Of a stretch of DNA of 64,000 nt, positions 53,745-64,000 are shown piece by piece (within the stretch, counting starts at the first letter, position 1; every line of letters begins with the position of its first letter). Location of the stretch: positions 1 to 64,000 of the forward strand of contig JAYWIR010000012.1 in assembly GCA_036172245.1 (NCBI GenBank), given 5' to 3'. Below the pieces are notes generated by a model. It worked only from the letters and a program-made list of their open reading frames with translations, did not search any database and was not told where the DNA came from. Source of the stretch: Raillietiella orientalis (taxonomy: Eukaryota). The translations under genes were made by a program, and so were the position numbers.

Positions 53745-54311
53745 ATGAACAAAGCAAACATGAAGATGAAAGTCGCAAAACATCAGCAAGATATCAACGC
53801 CCTCGATGCAGCCTCAAGTCGCTACGATCCTGCGCACGCCAATGTACTGGCCGTGGGAGCTTCACTAATGATGAGTGACCTTCCCCCGGACACTCAGGAC
53901 GACCCCCTGCTGTTTGAAAACGAAGTCATACTAGTACCTCCTGACTACGTCACTAGACCGGGACATACAAGATGGACGTTCGGTGATTACGAAAACGTAC
54001 TAATCTGCCCCACACTGCGACCTGATTGAGACGCGGTGAAAACAGTGATCTGCCTACCAAGGAAGACGAAAAATGGAATACTGTGGAGTTTATTCCAGGG
54101 GACAGGAATTGTTTCCCAGTATAATCCAACGGTGATGACCACTCTCGCTCTCTTTATCACAACCAATGGGATTAGGAGAGCCAAGATGTGCATCCTACAA
54201 CGAAAAGCGTCGACATGGGACTTATTCAAAGGTCTTGTCATGAAAGAAACAGAGATCAGTAATTGTGGAAAGATACAGCCTGGACTTATTGTTACATCTT
54301 ATCGAAGATGA
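53745..54311 (+). pseudogene. Orphan ~188-codon ORF with one in-frame stop; speculative negative-strand RNA virus matrix-like EVE
   Basis: 53745-54029 and 54036-54311 are in the same frame; PPDY (PPxY) at 53937-53948; downstream TTAAAAAAAC at 54397-54406; no LINE motifs. Confidence 0.25.
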
Positions 54312-54799
54312 ACAAATACATACAGGAACAAACAACGATTTCATTGCCCCTACCCTATCCTGAAATTTCAAAAGACAGTGTGTTGAATGTGATGTGTTAA
54401 AAAAACAAAGAGTGAATCTGTACAGTAACGGGCTGTGAAATGCTTACCTAAATGTATGTTGATTGTTCTGTGATGTTGTTTCATAATAAATGCGCCGCAA
54501 CATTTGTAGGTTGGGGGACAATTGTGAAGATCGACGGAGGAAAGAGAGAGCGATGGAAGGGAGATGGTGATTGAGCGAAGTTGGGTGGGAGGAACTCCCG
54601 TGCGCTCCCGTGCGATGTCCTCTTATGGAGGGATCGTGGAAGCGTGCAAAGGCTGCCATCAAAAACGCAGCGTCGAATCACCGCCATCTTTGCACACTCA
54701 GTGAGCGTGAGATGGGAATTTACAGGTATTATTTTGTTAACAGAACTACGGCGGGCTGACTGAGTGAAATCCTCATTGACGTGCCAAAGCAGCGAACCG

Positions 54800-55719
54800 A
54801 ATATACGGAAAGTTTCATTCCCTTTGAAATAAAACAGGTATCCCTCCCAATCGCTATGCAGTAAAATTTCTACTTTCTGGATTTTTACACTCATCCCTGC
54901 CATTCTCATTCCATTTCTTCTTTTCTTTCTTCGTTGGCAGCTTCAGTCTTCGGAAATCCGGCATTTCTGCATTCACTTAACAAATACTCATTATACGTAT
55001 AAACAATGTACATTCGAGAAGAAATCTGCACACATTGAACCCATCTTGGCTGCGTACACATCAGCACACATTATGGATGATCGCAAAAAAATATTTCGTT
55101 CAACCAAATGCGGTCATTCATCTTCATGCGCTTGCTTATATCCATATCTATATCAGTAAACATGCAATCAGCATGCGTGTTAATGATCGTTCGTTAATGA
55201 TCGGACTTTCGAACCAACTCCGGAGGGGCCCTGTCAGCAATGGAGGAGGAACTCAGGGATGCGAATAGGCGACCTCTCTACTCGTGACGAGTCCAGTCGG
55301 CTGTGACGGTGCGAGGAGCACCTTCGGCGCTGCACTAACGGGAGGAACGTCCTTTGAACAGACTTTGGAGGGGAGCTCTTTCTGGTTGCGACAGCGCTTT
55401 GCCCGGCACACCCCCACCTTACTCAGCGGAGGGCGGCTGCTCTCTGTCGATGCTCTCCTCGTCGTAGTAGGGCCCTCTTCACTACCACCCCGAGGACGGT
55501 GGACATCGGAGGAGGGTCATTGGATTCCCTTTTGTTCCTTGGAAAGATGAAACCACTGCGACTTACGATTGGCATCACAGACGAATTCCCACGCGAGTCT
55601 TCTCCGGTAGGTGACTCCTGCACGATTCTCTACAGGAGAAGACACCCAATACGAAGGTGGCAATAGGGAGCAGCACCGCTTCCGCCTGCAGCTTACCTCA
55701 AAGAATGAAGCGCATCTTC
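54800..55719 (+). repeat. Dispersed repeat, copy 2 (no 5S gene attached; ~100 bp extra at ~55035-55133)
   Basis: Colinear with 34548-35393; similarity stops at gaagcgcatcttc. Confidence 0.92.
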
Positions 55720-57132
55720 GAGCACTGTAATGAAGGCATGAAGAGCCCTTGGGTTGCCGTCGCTATCGATAGTGATAGAGGGCATTTTCTTTTTTTGTGT
55801 GTTTTAGGGCTAGCCTCACGAATGTCGTTTTGTGACCTCACATTAGCCAGCCCATTTGTTACCGTGCTTCTGAGGCGACTCAAGAGCATTTAACCACCCA
55901 ATTGATAGTAACTAACCAAGACTGACCTAACTAATTTCATTTCAGTTGATCTGACTTGGAAAGTAAAAGGGAAAGCAGAGTCATCTTGCTCACTCACGCA
56001 TGTCAGTGAAACTCTTTAGAAAAACTCGAATGCGTACACCGTGGTACACGCACCAAGTTCATGCTGACGAGTTTTTTTGTTACAGCAGGGGATGCACATA
56101 CCAGCTTCCTCGGGTAACAACGTACTGCCATAACTGATGCTGTGCAAACGCGATTCACGCGAAAGTCACGCACACGAGGATTCGGAATCGCGAACTGGCG
56201 TTGCCTTCGTCACAGAAAGAGCGCACTCATTCGAACGGTCGCAAAAGCAATCACGTGTACACATGTACTATGTACTTGTGCATCGTTCATTTAACGAGGA
56301 ACGCGTGCTTTTGGTGAAGCGACTGATGCACCATCTCATAGGGTACTGACTGACGACCAATCTATCTCTTGCTCAATGCACGGCTTGAGACTTTTTACTG
56401 CACTGCAGTGCTTGTATGACGTCACGACCGCAGCACCGTATCTGCTACGTAACGATGCTTGTTGCGTAGCAGCAGAGATTTGTTCTCACAAAAGTTATCT
56501 GTGCTGACGTGTACTTGGTTAGCTCGCAGATTTCGCTGGAAGAATCTCAACCCGGAGTATCGTACTACTTCCAAATCCAGAGAGGAGCACAATGCCTCCA
56601 GAGTCGGGAACCTCGTACCGGTTACACAATCCAATCCGGAAGTACCTCCTATGAAGCCAGAGCTCGGAATTCGCTTCCGGAAGTCAATCCGCAAGCGATT
56701 CGGATTGTTTTTGAATCCGCAACACCCCTTCGTACCTCGAAGGTACTTCTGAAGTGTTTCGTTCTCATATACTTAAATACAGAGTTGCGCCGCTTCACAA
56801 GGAATCCTCCTCACAAGAAACGTCAAGCAAAGGTAAGATAAATGCAATATTTTCAAGCACGTTAAATACTATGTGAGGAGATCGTAATTAATGGCTTGTA
56901 CATGACTTCCAGGTTCAGCCACTTTCCGTGGATTTGGCTGGTCTGTGGTTGGGCGGATTCCCAACAAGAGGCCGCTTTCCAATGCATGGCTGCCGCAGGA
57001 AATGGCAATCTTTGTGGATGCTTGGAGTCCGGAGAAGATAGTAACGCCTCTAGAAGCTTGACAGCCACAAGAATGAATACAGTTCTAAGATCCGTTATGG
57101 ACCCAGGAAGTGGCCACCCCTCTGGATGTGGT

Positions 57133-57330
57133 TGGCGGCCGCAGAATATGGTGACCACTTCAGAAGCGTGGCGGCCTCAGGAAGTGGCGCCGATTACAGA
57201 TGCGTGGCGGCCTCATAGAATGGCCATCCCACGGAATACGTGGCAACCGCAGATGGTAGGAGCCCCGCTGGATGCTTGGCGGCCGCAGAAGATGGTACCA
57301 ACTTCGCTGGATGCGTGGCGGTCGCCGCAA
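57133..57330 (+). repeat. 36-bp period degenerate minisatellite encoding WRPQ-x8 repeats
   Basis: Units start at 57133, 57169, 57205, 57241, 57277, 57316 (TGGCGGCC...GATGCG); a further decayed unit near 57098. Confidence 0.85.
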
Positions 57331-57884
57331 TAGCCAACGCTGCTTCCTAATGCTCTGCTACCGCAGGAAGTTGTTGCTTCTGCAGGCGCTGGGAGGCCCA
57401 AGAAAGTAGTGGCGCACGAAGAAGTTTGGTGATGTTTGGGACTGGAGCAGTCCGAAATCCCGTGGCAGCAGCACGGAGTGGCAGCAGACCTGGATCTGTG
57501 GACCGCGCTCCTTATTACAGCGGAAGCCGATCTGCCGTTCCTGGCTCCCTGTTCCGTCAGCGTGGACACCTGTGTCTCCATCCAATGTGGGTATGGACAC
57601 GGAAGACAGCAGGTGTTCATGCTCCGGATTGGGGTCTGATGCAAGGCCATGGTCGTCCGGACGACGTTCCCCCGGCGAAGGGCGCAACAAGCTTTGCCGC
57701 TCACGCAAGACAAACTGCATGAAAGCTCTGCAGACAAATTTAGCACTTTGGCTGCAGCAAGTAGAAGCTAGGGGACGGCGGCTCGCAGCTTCGACTCATC
57801 AGCAAGCTTCGACGAATGCAGCAATGCGGGTGGAGGTTCTTTTCTTCGATATAATGCCCTGCCATCCCGCATGACTGCCTCCAC

Positions 57885-59009
57885 GGGCGTCGCCGCGAGC
57901 GTTGCGAAAACGGACGTGTTTTTTGGGTGCTCCCAGAAATCGCGTTCTTAGCAGGTGTTTGGTGATCTGAGCGCGGTTGTTCCAGACACAAATGCCCGAG
58001 AACACCGCCTACACGGCTGAGGAGGGCGAGCGAGCTTCGTTCCCTCAATCCATGGATGTGGGGGTCATCTCCCACACGGATTCGTCCCCCGCCCCGGCGA
58101 GGGCTTGGAGCGTGGTGGTGGCGGCGCCTGCGCCGCCCCCCGCTGAAGAACAGCGTGCTTACATGGCCGACGGGTACAACCCGGCCTTATTATATAAGGT
58201 AGGAGGCCTGTACTCCCCCGCGGTATTGTGGTCGTTCGCCGCAGAATTTAAAAAATTGAAAGTCCTGGAGGACGAATTCCTCGGGCTTTCGCTAAGAAAT
58301 GGTGGGCAGCTTGTTAAGCTGAACTGCAAGTCTGCAGGGATGGCTCAACAGCTGCTCCGCATGCCGGTGACCGTGAACGGTCGAAAAATCTTCCCGTTCA
58401 CGGCGGACAATTCGATCGTTGTCCACCTGACCGGCATAACAATGCGAATGGCAAAAAATGCCGTAAGGGAGTCGCTAGAGAAATTCGGGACCGTCCACGC
58501 GTTGTGGGCAAAACTCAATGTCCTGGGGTACACCAGGGCATTCAGTGGTTACGCCGCTGCGCGGGTGACGGTCCGTGCCGAGGTGGGCTACCCCACAGAC
58601 TGCAGGCTGGGAAAGAGACCATCGACCTGTGGTATGTGGGGAAACCCGTTTACTGCGGCTTTTGCCAGGTGTCGGGGCACCTGAAAAGAAAATGCCCCAA
58701 CATCGTTTGCCTAAGCTGTGGGAAAAAGGGGCACATCAGGCGGATGTGCCCGAACCGCAAAAGGTCCGTCTCGGTAGGCGCGAGGAAAGAAGAGACGCCG
58801 AGAGAACAGGACATAAGCCAGAAACTGGCGGAGTCCAGCCCTGCCAACGCACACGATACTCAGCCATCCTCCAGCGCAGAACCAGCTGGACAAAACGCCG
58901 AGAACGAGGAAGGTTGGCACAGGGTGGAAAAAAAAAAGACCCCGAGAAAGGAGGCAAAAAAGATATACAAGGCGGCACCAAAGAAGCAGAAACCGGTCAT
59001 CCGCGTTCT
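57885..59009 (+). mobile_element. E11: Tx1-like element (E4 subfamily), intact 5' end + ORF1 (ATG 57992), interrupted by E12
   Basis: ARAWSVVVAA, DGYNPALLYKV, CGFCQVSGHLKRKC, CLSCGKKGHIRRMC; one frameshift at ~58590; starts with GGG 27 nt before GGACG. Confidence 0.92.
57911..57918 (+). promoter_or_regulatory. CGGACGTG DPE-like motif of E11
   Basis: GGACG sits at +28 if GGG at 57885 is +1. Confidence 0.6.
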
Positions 59010-61115
59010 CACCCTGATATGCCGGGACATTAATGTTGACAAACAAATGCACAATGAATTTTCACGGGGCGAACCCGAAGGTCCACCACACCAAAACAGC
59101 TTGCTGCTTGCCGGTATTCACCGGGCGAGGTCCTTCCGATGCGCGGGGTGGGTATAACAGAAACGAAACAAACAAAAAGTTCAAACGTGGGAGGGCACTA
59201 ATGTTTTGGAGAAGGGAGGGCGGGAAAGGGATCACAGTGCGCGCGGAAAGGTACTCTAGATCCTGTTCAGAATCCTCACAAGCTGCATCCTATCTGAGCC
59301 CAAATGGCGCCACTTGCACACACTTCGCACGAAAAGGCGTGTCCAGTGCAAGGCGTTGCTGCTGGCCTGACGCCTTTTTCTGGTGCCGTTCCAAGCCGCC
59401 ACGATCCCTCGAATGCAGCAGAGAACTGCTACACAAGCGGGAGGGGACAAGGCGTCACGAGAGAAGAGGCGCCTGGAACGATCATTAGGGCCGCATCTGC
59501 GCAAGTTCAGAATCGCCGCGAGACGATCCCACAAAAAGCGAAGGGCGCTACACGTAATAAGGACGTGAGGGAATGTCTCCATTTCCCCGCACTGGTCGCA
59601 ATGGGGATCCACAGCCTCCCGTGTGGAATGATACGGGCGTGCTTTGCAGGGTAAACCCAATGTTCGACAAGCGACGCCACCTCCTGACATTTCACGGGGA
59701 GGGATCCACTGTTCCAGGACGCTGGAGACCACTTGATCTCCTCCGGAGATAGTCCGAGTAGCTTGCCTCAGCGTCAAATTCCGTTGGGCAGGACACTCGG
59801 CGTCGCAGTGTCCGCTAGCTTCCGAGATGTCCACGCCTTAATCGTTTGTGTCCTGCTGTCGATGCTGCAGGACACTGTCCATTTTCTCTGCTCGCTGTTG
59901 TCCCTAGAGTAGAGAGCAGAAAGTAGCACTGGAGCAATGGGGTAATCAGAGCTTACAGATGCTGGTCGCGGGACTGCACGATCTCCTGCAGCGTCCAGCG
60001 GTTGTGCCTTTTCAGGCAAGTGCTCATTGTGCCCGCCGGAACGTGGATCTTTTCCCAGGTGAAGACTGACTCTTGCAACCATGCAGAGTGGTTCCTTGAT
60101 AGCCAGGAGATCCAGGCGTTCTCGCGTACCACAACAGCCATGCGACGCTGGTGAAAGCCGCAGTGTGCTTGTCTGTGGTCACGCGCCAACAGAAACAAAA
60201 AAAGTCCGCCGGATCCGAAGGCTCGTTGGACCAGGAGACGTGCTGGAACGCACCAGGCTGTGACCCACAATTCTGCCGCAAGGGCTAGAGTCCTGAATCC
60301 GAGTTGCACTTCCATGCGCTCCAGCGTAAGTACGCCAAGTCCACCGTCCTTACGTGGAGCGCACAAGTCTTTGAGTCTCACACGGGACCTCCCTTTGCCC
60401 CAAAGGACAGTCCTCAGGAGACCCACTGCTCTTTTCCGTACAAAATGAGGGGCGGGGCACACAAAAAGTAGGAGGCGAAGATGGGGGGCCGCAAACGCGT
60501 TCCACAACGCTGCTTGTTCCTGCAAGTAGAACTTGCTCTCCTGGAACCGACCGATCGCCCAAGCTGCCTTTTGGAGATGGTCGGACCAGGCTTCTGCTGA
60601 GCAGAAGTCCCCCCACGGAACGCCAAGGCACTTGAAGCACCTGCTCGTGGGGATATCCAAGCGGATCCAGTCCGACCCTCCAGCCCACGCCGAGCAGACA
60701 TGACGATGGACGACTTCGCTCTGTTCACCACCAGGCTCGTCCTGCGGAGTAGCAACTCGAAGAAATCTTCGAGCGCACTCGCCGGGGTGTACCCAGGTAG
60801 CAGCAGCAGAAGATCGTCTGCGTAGGTTCACACGGCAAGTGTGCCTGCACACGAGCTCAACAGAGTTGCCAGAGTTCCCCTGTATGCTTTCAGCAGCAAC
60901 TCGAAGTAGATGCTGAAGACCAAGGGGCTCAGGCTGTCACCCTGCCTGATGCCGCGGCGCACCGGCCCGCCCTACACGTGCCGGCCGCTGAAAATAATAT
61001 TAATTATTAGGTTGCGGAAGCAGGACAGTAGGTAGGAATGGAGAACGGCCGGGAAACCCATGCGTTCTAAGAGCTTTAGGAGGAGTTCCTGGACGAGCAG
61101 TCGAACGCTTCACGC
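59010..61115 (-). mobile_element. E12: 5'-truncated Tx1-like element (RT core to 3' end), E1 subfamily
   Basis: KAFD-like, GIRQGDSLSP, YADD, KDGGLG, CDQCGEMETFPHVLITC; terminal ATTAAT-gt-CCCGG-catat-CAGGG-TG at 59034-59010. Confidence 0.93.
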
Positions 61116-61360
61116 CCGTTAGGATGGACATGTTTCCTCGGTGCTCCTCGTGCTAGGAACCGTCCCTAGGTGTAGGCTTCGTGTGAGTCGGTGGTCAATC
61201 AGGCAGCAATGCCTCACACCACCACCAATGCGTGCCAGGGGGCGGCAGCAACGTCGCCTCCAGAGAAGATGGAGTGCCGGGGTCGGCGGCAAAGTCATCA
61301 TCAGTGGCGATGGACGTGGGAGCATCCGCCCCACAGAACCGGTCCCCGCTGCAGCGCGAT
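61116..61360 (+). mobile_element. Probable continuation of E11 ORF1 between the E12 and E13 insertions
   Basis: Low-complexity ORF1-like peptide (VPGSAAKSSSVAMDVGASAP); TCAC present at both E12 junctions (59009-59012, 61110-61113). Confidence 0.4.
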
Positions 61361-61368
61361 CGTTTATT

Positions 61369-64000
61369 ACCCGGTTGCGCCGGGACGTTTATTGATAAAA
61401 ACATCTGGAAACTGTGTTCCCAGGCAAGGGGAACAGAAAATAAGGAGGAGGGTTTCCAGCACGCAGGCCGGGTACACTGAGAGTTCGGAACGGGAGGGAG
61501 GGGACAATAAATAAAGAACTACAGTGGGAGGGTGGGGATAGGGGTATGCAGTCTAGTTGTTCCTGATCTCAGAACCGGCGGTGAATGCCGCCAATTTCCG
61601 TCCGCACTTCTGCACCAAGATGTGGCCACCCGGCACACTGTTGCAGGTTGCAGGCTGCAGTGTCGAGGATCGATGTTGGGACCGCTCGCATCTGCAATAC
61701 GTGGAGGGCCCTGATAGTGGCGCGGACGCAGCAGACGATTGCGACGACCGCTCCAAGAGAAAGACCGCCACGCGTGAAGAAGCGGCGCATCCAGTAATTT
61801 GCGGTGTGTTCGGGATGCAGGAGCGCTGAAGACAGCCGCCGCCACAGCTCCTGGAGGGCACCACATTGAAACAGCAAATGCGGAAGCGATTCTACCGCTC
61901 CGCATTTGGCACAGTTCGGGGACGCAACTCCCCCGGAAATCAGGTGCGCCCGCTGGTTGCAGTACAAACCCCAATGCACCAGCAGAAAAGCGTCCTGTTT
62001 CCACCGAAGGGGGAAGACAGTCGCGTGCAAGCACGCCGAAGGGACCACAAGTTCATCGGTGGGCACCCCGAGGAGCTCACTCTACCGGAGAAGCCCCTTT
62101 GCACGAAGGCGAGGTGTGGCAGCGTCTGCCACTTCGCAAGTCCGCCAGCCGCCCAGCAGTCGGGTTTCGCCTGCGATTTCGCAAGTGATCTCCCACCTCG
62201 CCGGCAGGTCACTGTCATCTCGCACCATCAGGGCAGACAGTGCTTCGGCGAGGGGCGTAGCGGCTAGGCGTGTCCACTGGTCCTGGTCTTCAAGCACCTC
62301 CCTCACTGGACAGTATGGGAAAAGGTTCGCGCAACGGAGTTCCAAACGGGACACATCCTGTTGCGCTGCCCAGGACGATAAGGCTTCCTGCCTCCAGGCG
62401 TTGAAGTTCGTCAGTAGGCAAAGGATCCACCCATGCTTTCCCAGAAGCGAGGCGAGCTGCTTCAGAGGGAAGCCCAGTCCTCTCTGGGCACACTCCGTGC
62501 GCAGGTGCAACGAACGCATTCCGTCTCCGCCCGTGCAGCGCCGCAGCAGCAGCTTCGCTGGAGCACACCAGGGAGTAGTCCAAAGCTGGGCGCAAAGTGC
62601 CAGCATGCGGAACTGCACTAGCAATCCGATCCGCTCCAGCGTCAGGATCCCCAAACCTGCATCCCGCCGAGGAGCCGCCAAGTCCTTAAGGCGTATCCTG
62701 GACCTCGCCGGTCCCCACAAGGCGTTTCGCAACAGGCGTTGCGCCCGACGCTTAGCCGAGTAGGGAGGGGGACAAACGAAAAAGAGGGGAAGGAGGAGAG
62801 GGGCAACGAAAGTGTTCCAAACGAAGGCCCGTTCCGACAGGAGGAAACTACCACATTGGAACGGGCCCAGAGCAGTCTCGGCCTTGTGAAGGCAGTCCGA
62901 CCACGCTTCTGCTGGACAGAAGGCGCCCAAGGGAACGCCGAGGTACTTCAAGCACCTGCCCGTGGGGGTCCCCAGGCGGATCCAGTTGGACTGCCCCTCC
63001 CACGTAAAGCCAACCGGTACAACGGTTGATTTCCTCCTGTTGATGATCAGGCCCGCCCCCCGACGAATGAGCTCGAAGAAGTCCTCGAGCCTGGACGCCG
63101 GGGTGGGCATGGGCAGCAGCAGGAGAAAGTCGTCAGCATAGGTGGCCACGGCCGTAGTTCCCGGACAGGAGCTCGGCAGGCTGGCCAGCGTCAGCCTGTA
63201 TGCCCTCAGCACCAACTCAAAGAAGATGCTGAAGAGCATGGGGCTTAAGCTGTCTCCCTGCCTGATACCCCGCCATATGGGAACGCCGTACACGTGGCGC
63301 CCGCTGAAAGAGATAGAGAATAGCGCGTGGTGCCAGCAGGAGCGCAAGTAGGCGATGAGGTGTGTCGGGAGGCCCAAGCGTCCCAGAAGCTCCAGAAAGA
63401 GGTCCTAGTTTACGCTGTCGAACGCTTTGCAGAGATCGACGGCGACCGCTAAGGCGCCCGGCGTTTCATCGTGCCTTGAGCACCGCCGCTTACCTTTGGC
63501 AGCGGCGCTTTCGGCTGCCTGGCTCTGCTGCGACACGCCCTGCTGCAGCTCGAACCATGTTCGCACGAAGAAGAGATTCGCGTCCATGGACCGCCCCGGA
63601 ACAGCATACGTCTGCTCCGGACTTACCAAGGACTCTGTGATTCTCCCCAGCCGCACGACCCAAAGTTTTGAGAACAACTTGACGTCCGAATTCACTAAGG
63701 TGATCGGACGGCAGTTGTTGAGGTGGCGCAAATCCCCGCCTTTCGGCAGGAGCCGCACCTTTGCTGAGCGGAAAGAAACAGGGACATCTCCCGTCTCCCG
63801 CATCATTGCGGAAAGGCTGAGCACCAGGTGGACGAGCTTCGCCGTGAAGCACTGAAAGAACTCCGCGAGCAGGCCATCCTCCCCAGGCGCCTTACGCCTC
63901 TTCAGTCCCGCTATGGCGGAAGATACTTCTTCTGCCGTGAAGGGCCAGTCCAATCTGGCGAGTTTCTCTTCGTCGATAGCAGGGTTACCCGTCGGAAGGA
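61369..64000 (-). mobile_element. E13: Tx1-like element, RT to 3' end (E8-related); 5' part outside window
   Basis: KAPGEDG, LLPKGG, DLCKAFD, GIRQGDSLSP, YADD, KYLG, CAKCGAVESLPHLLFQC; stop 61569; AATAAA + CCCGG-cgcaa-CCGGG at 61393-61370. Confidence 0.95.

Noticed and set aside
57133..57330. CRISPR-like repeat-spacer array
   Set aside because: Units are degenerate codon-phased repeats without identical direct repeats; no cas genes; eukaryotic context

Overview
Eukaryotic, most likely invertebrate, genomic DNA with no intact protein-coding gene that I can identify. Both ends (1-25.4 kb and 57.9-64 kb) are dense, GC-rich stacks of about 13 decayed L1/Tx1-clade non-LTR retrotransposons from at least three subfamilies. 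Each follows the plan zinc-knuckle ORF1, then ORF2 with APE endonuclease, RT and a C-terminal CCHC; they are nested in one another, mostly in antisense orientation. Comparing copies by eye reveals shared cis-elements: a 5' CGGACGTG (DPE-like) motif about 28 nt from a GGG start, a TAATG/TGATG stop-start overlap between ORF1 and ORF2, and a 3' UTR ending in AATAAA plus a CCCGG-N5-CCGGG hairpin with no long poly(A). The loop of that hairpin co-varies with the loop of a second upstream hairpin, suggesting a kissing-loop structure. The endonucleases appear to lack the usual target-recognition hairpin. The more AT-rich centre holds an apparently intact solitary 5S rRNA gene, a ~600-codon interrupted ORF resembling a toti-like dsRNA virus capsid (candidate endogenous viral element), a weaker candidate viral matrix-like ORF, an older LINE RT relic, a dispersed ~0.85 kb duplication, a 36-bp coding minisatellite and isolated exon-like segments. 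Element boundaries were read by eye and no database searches were run.
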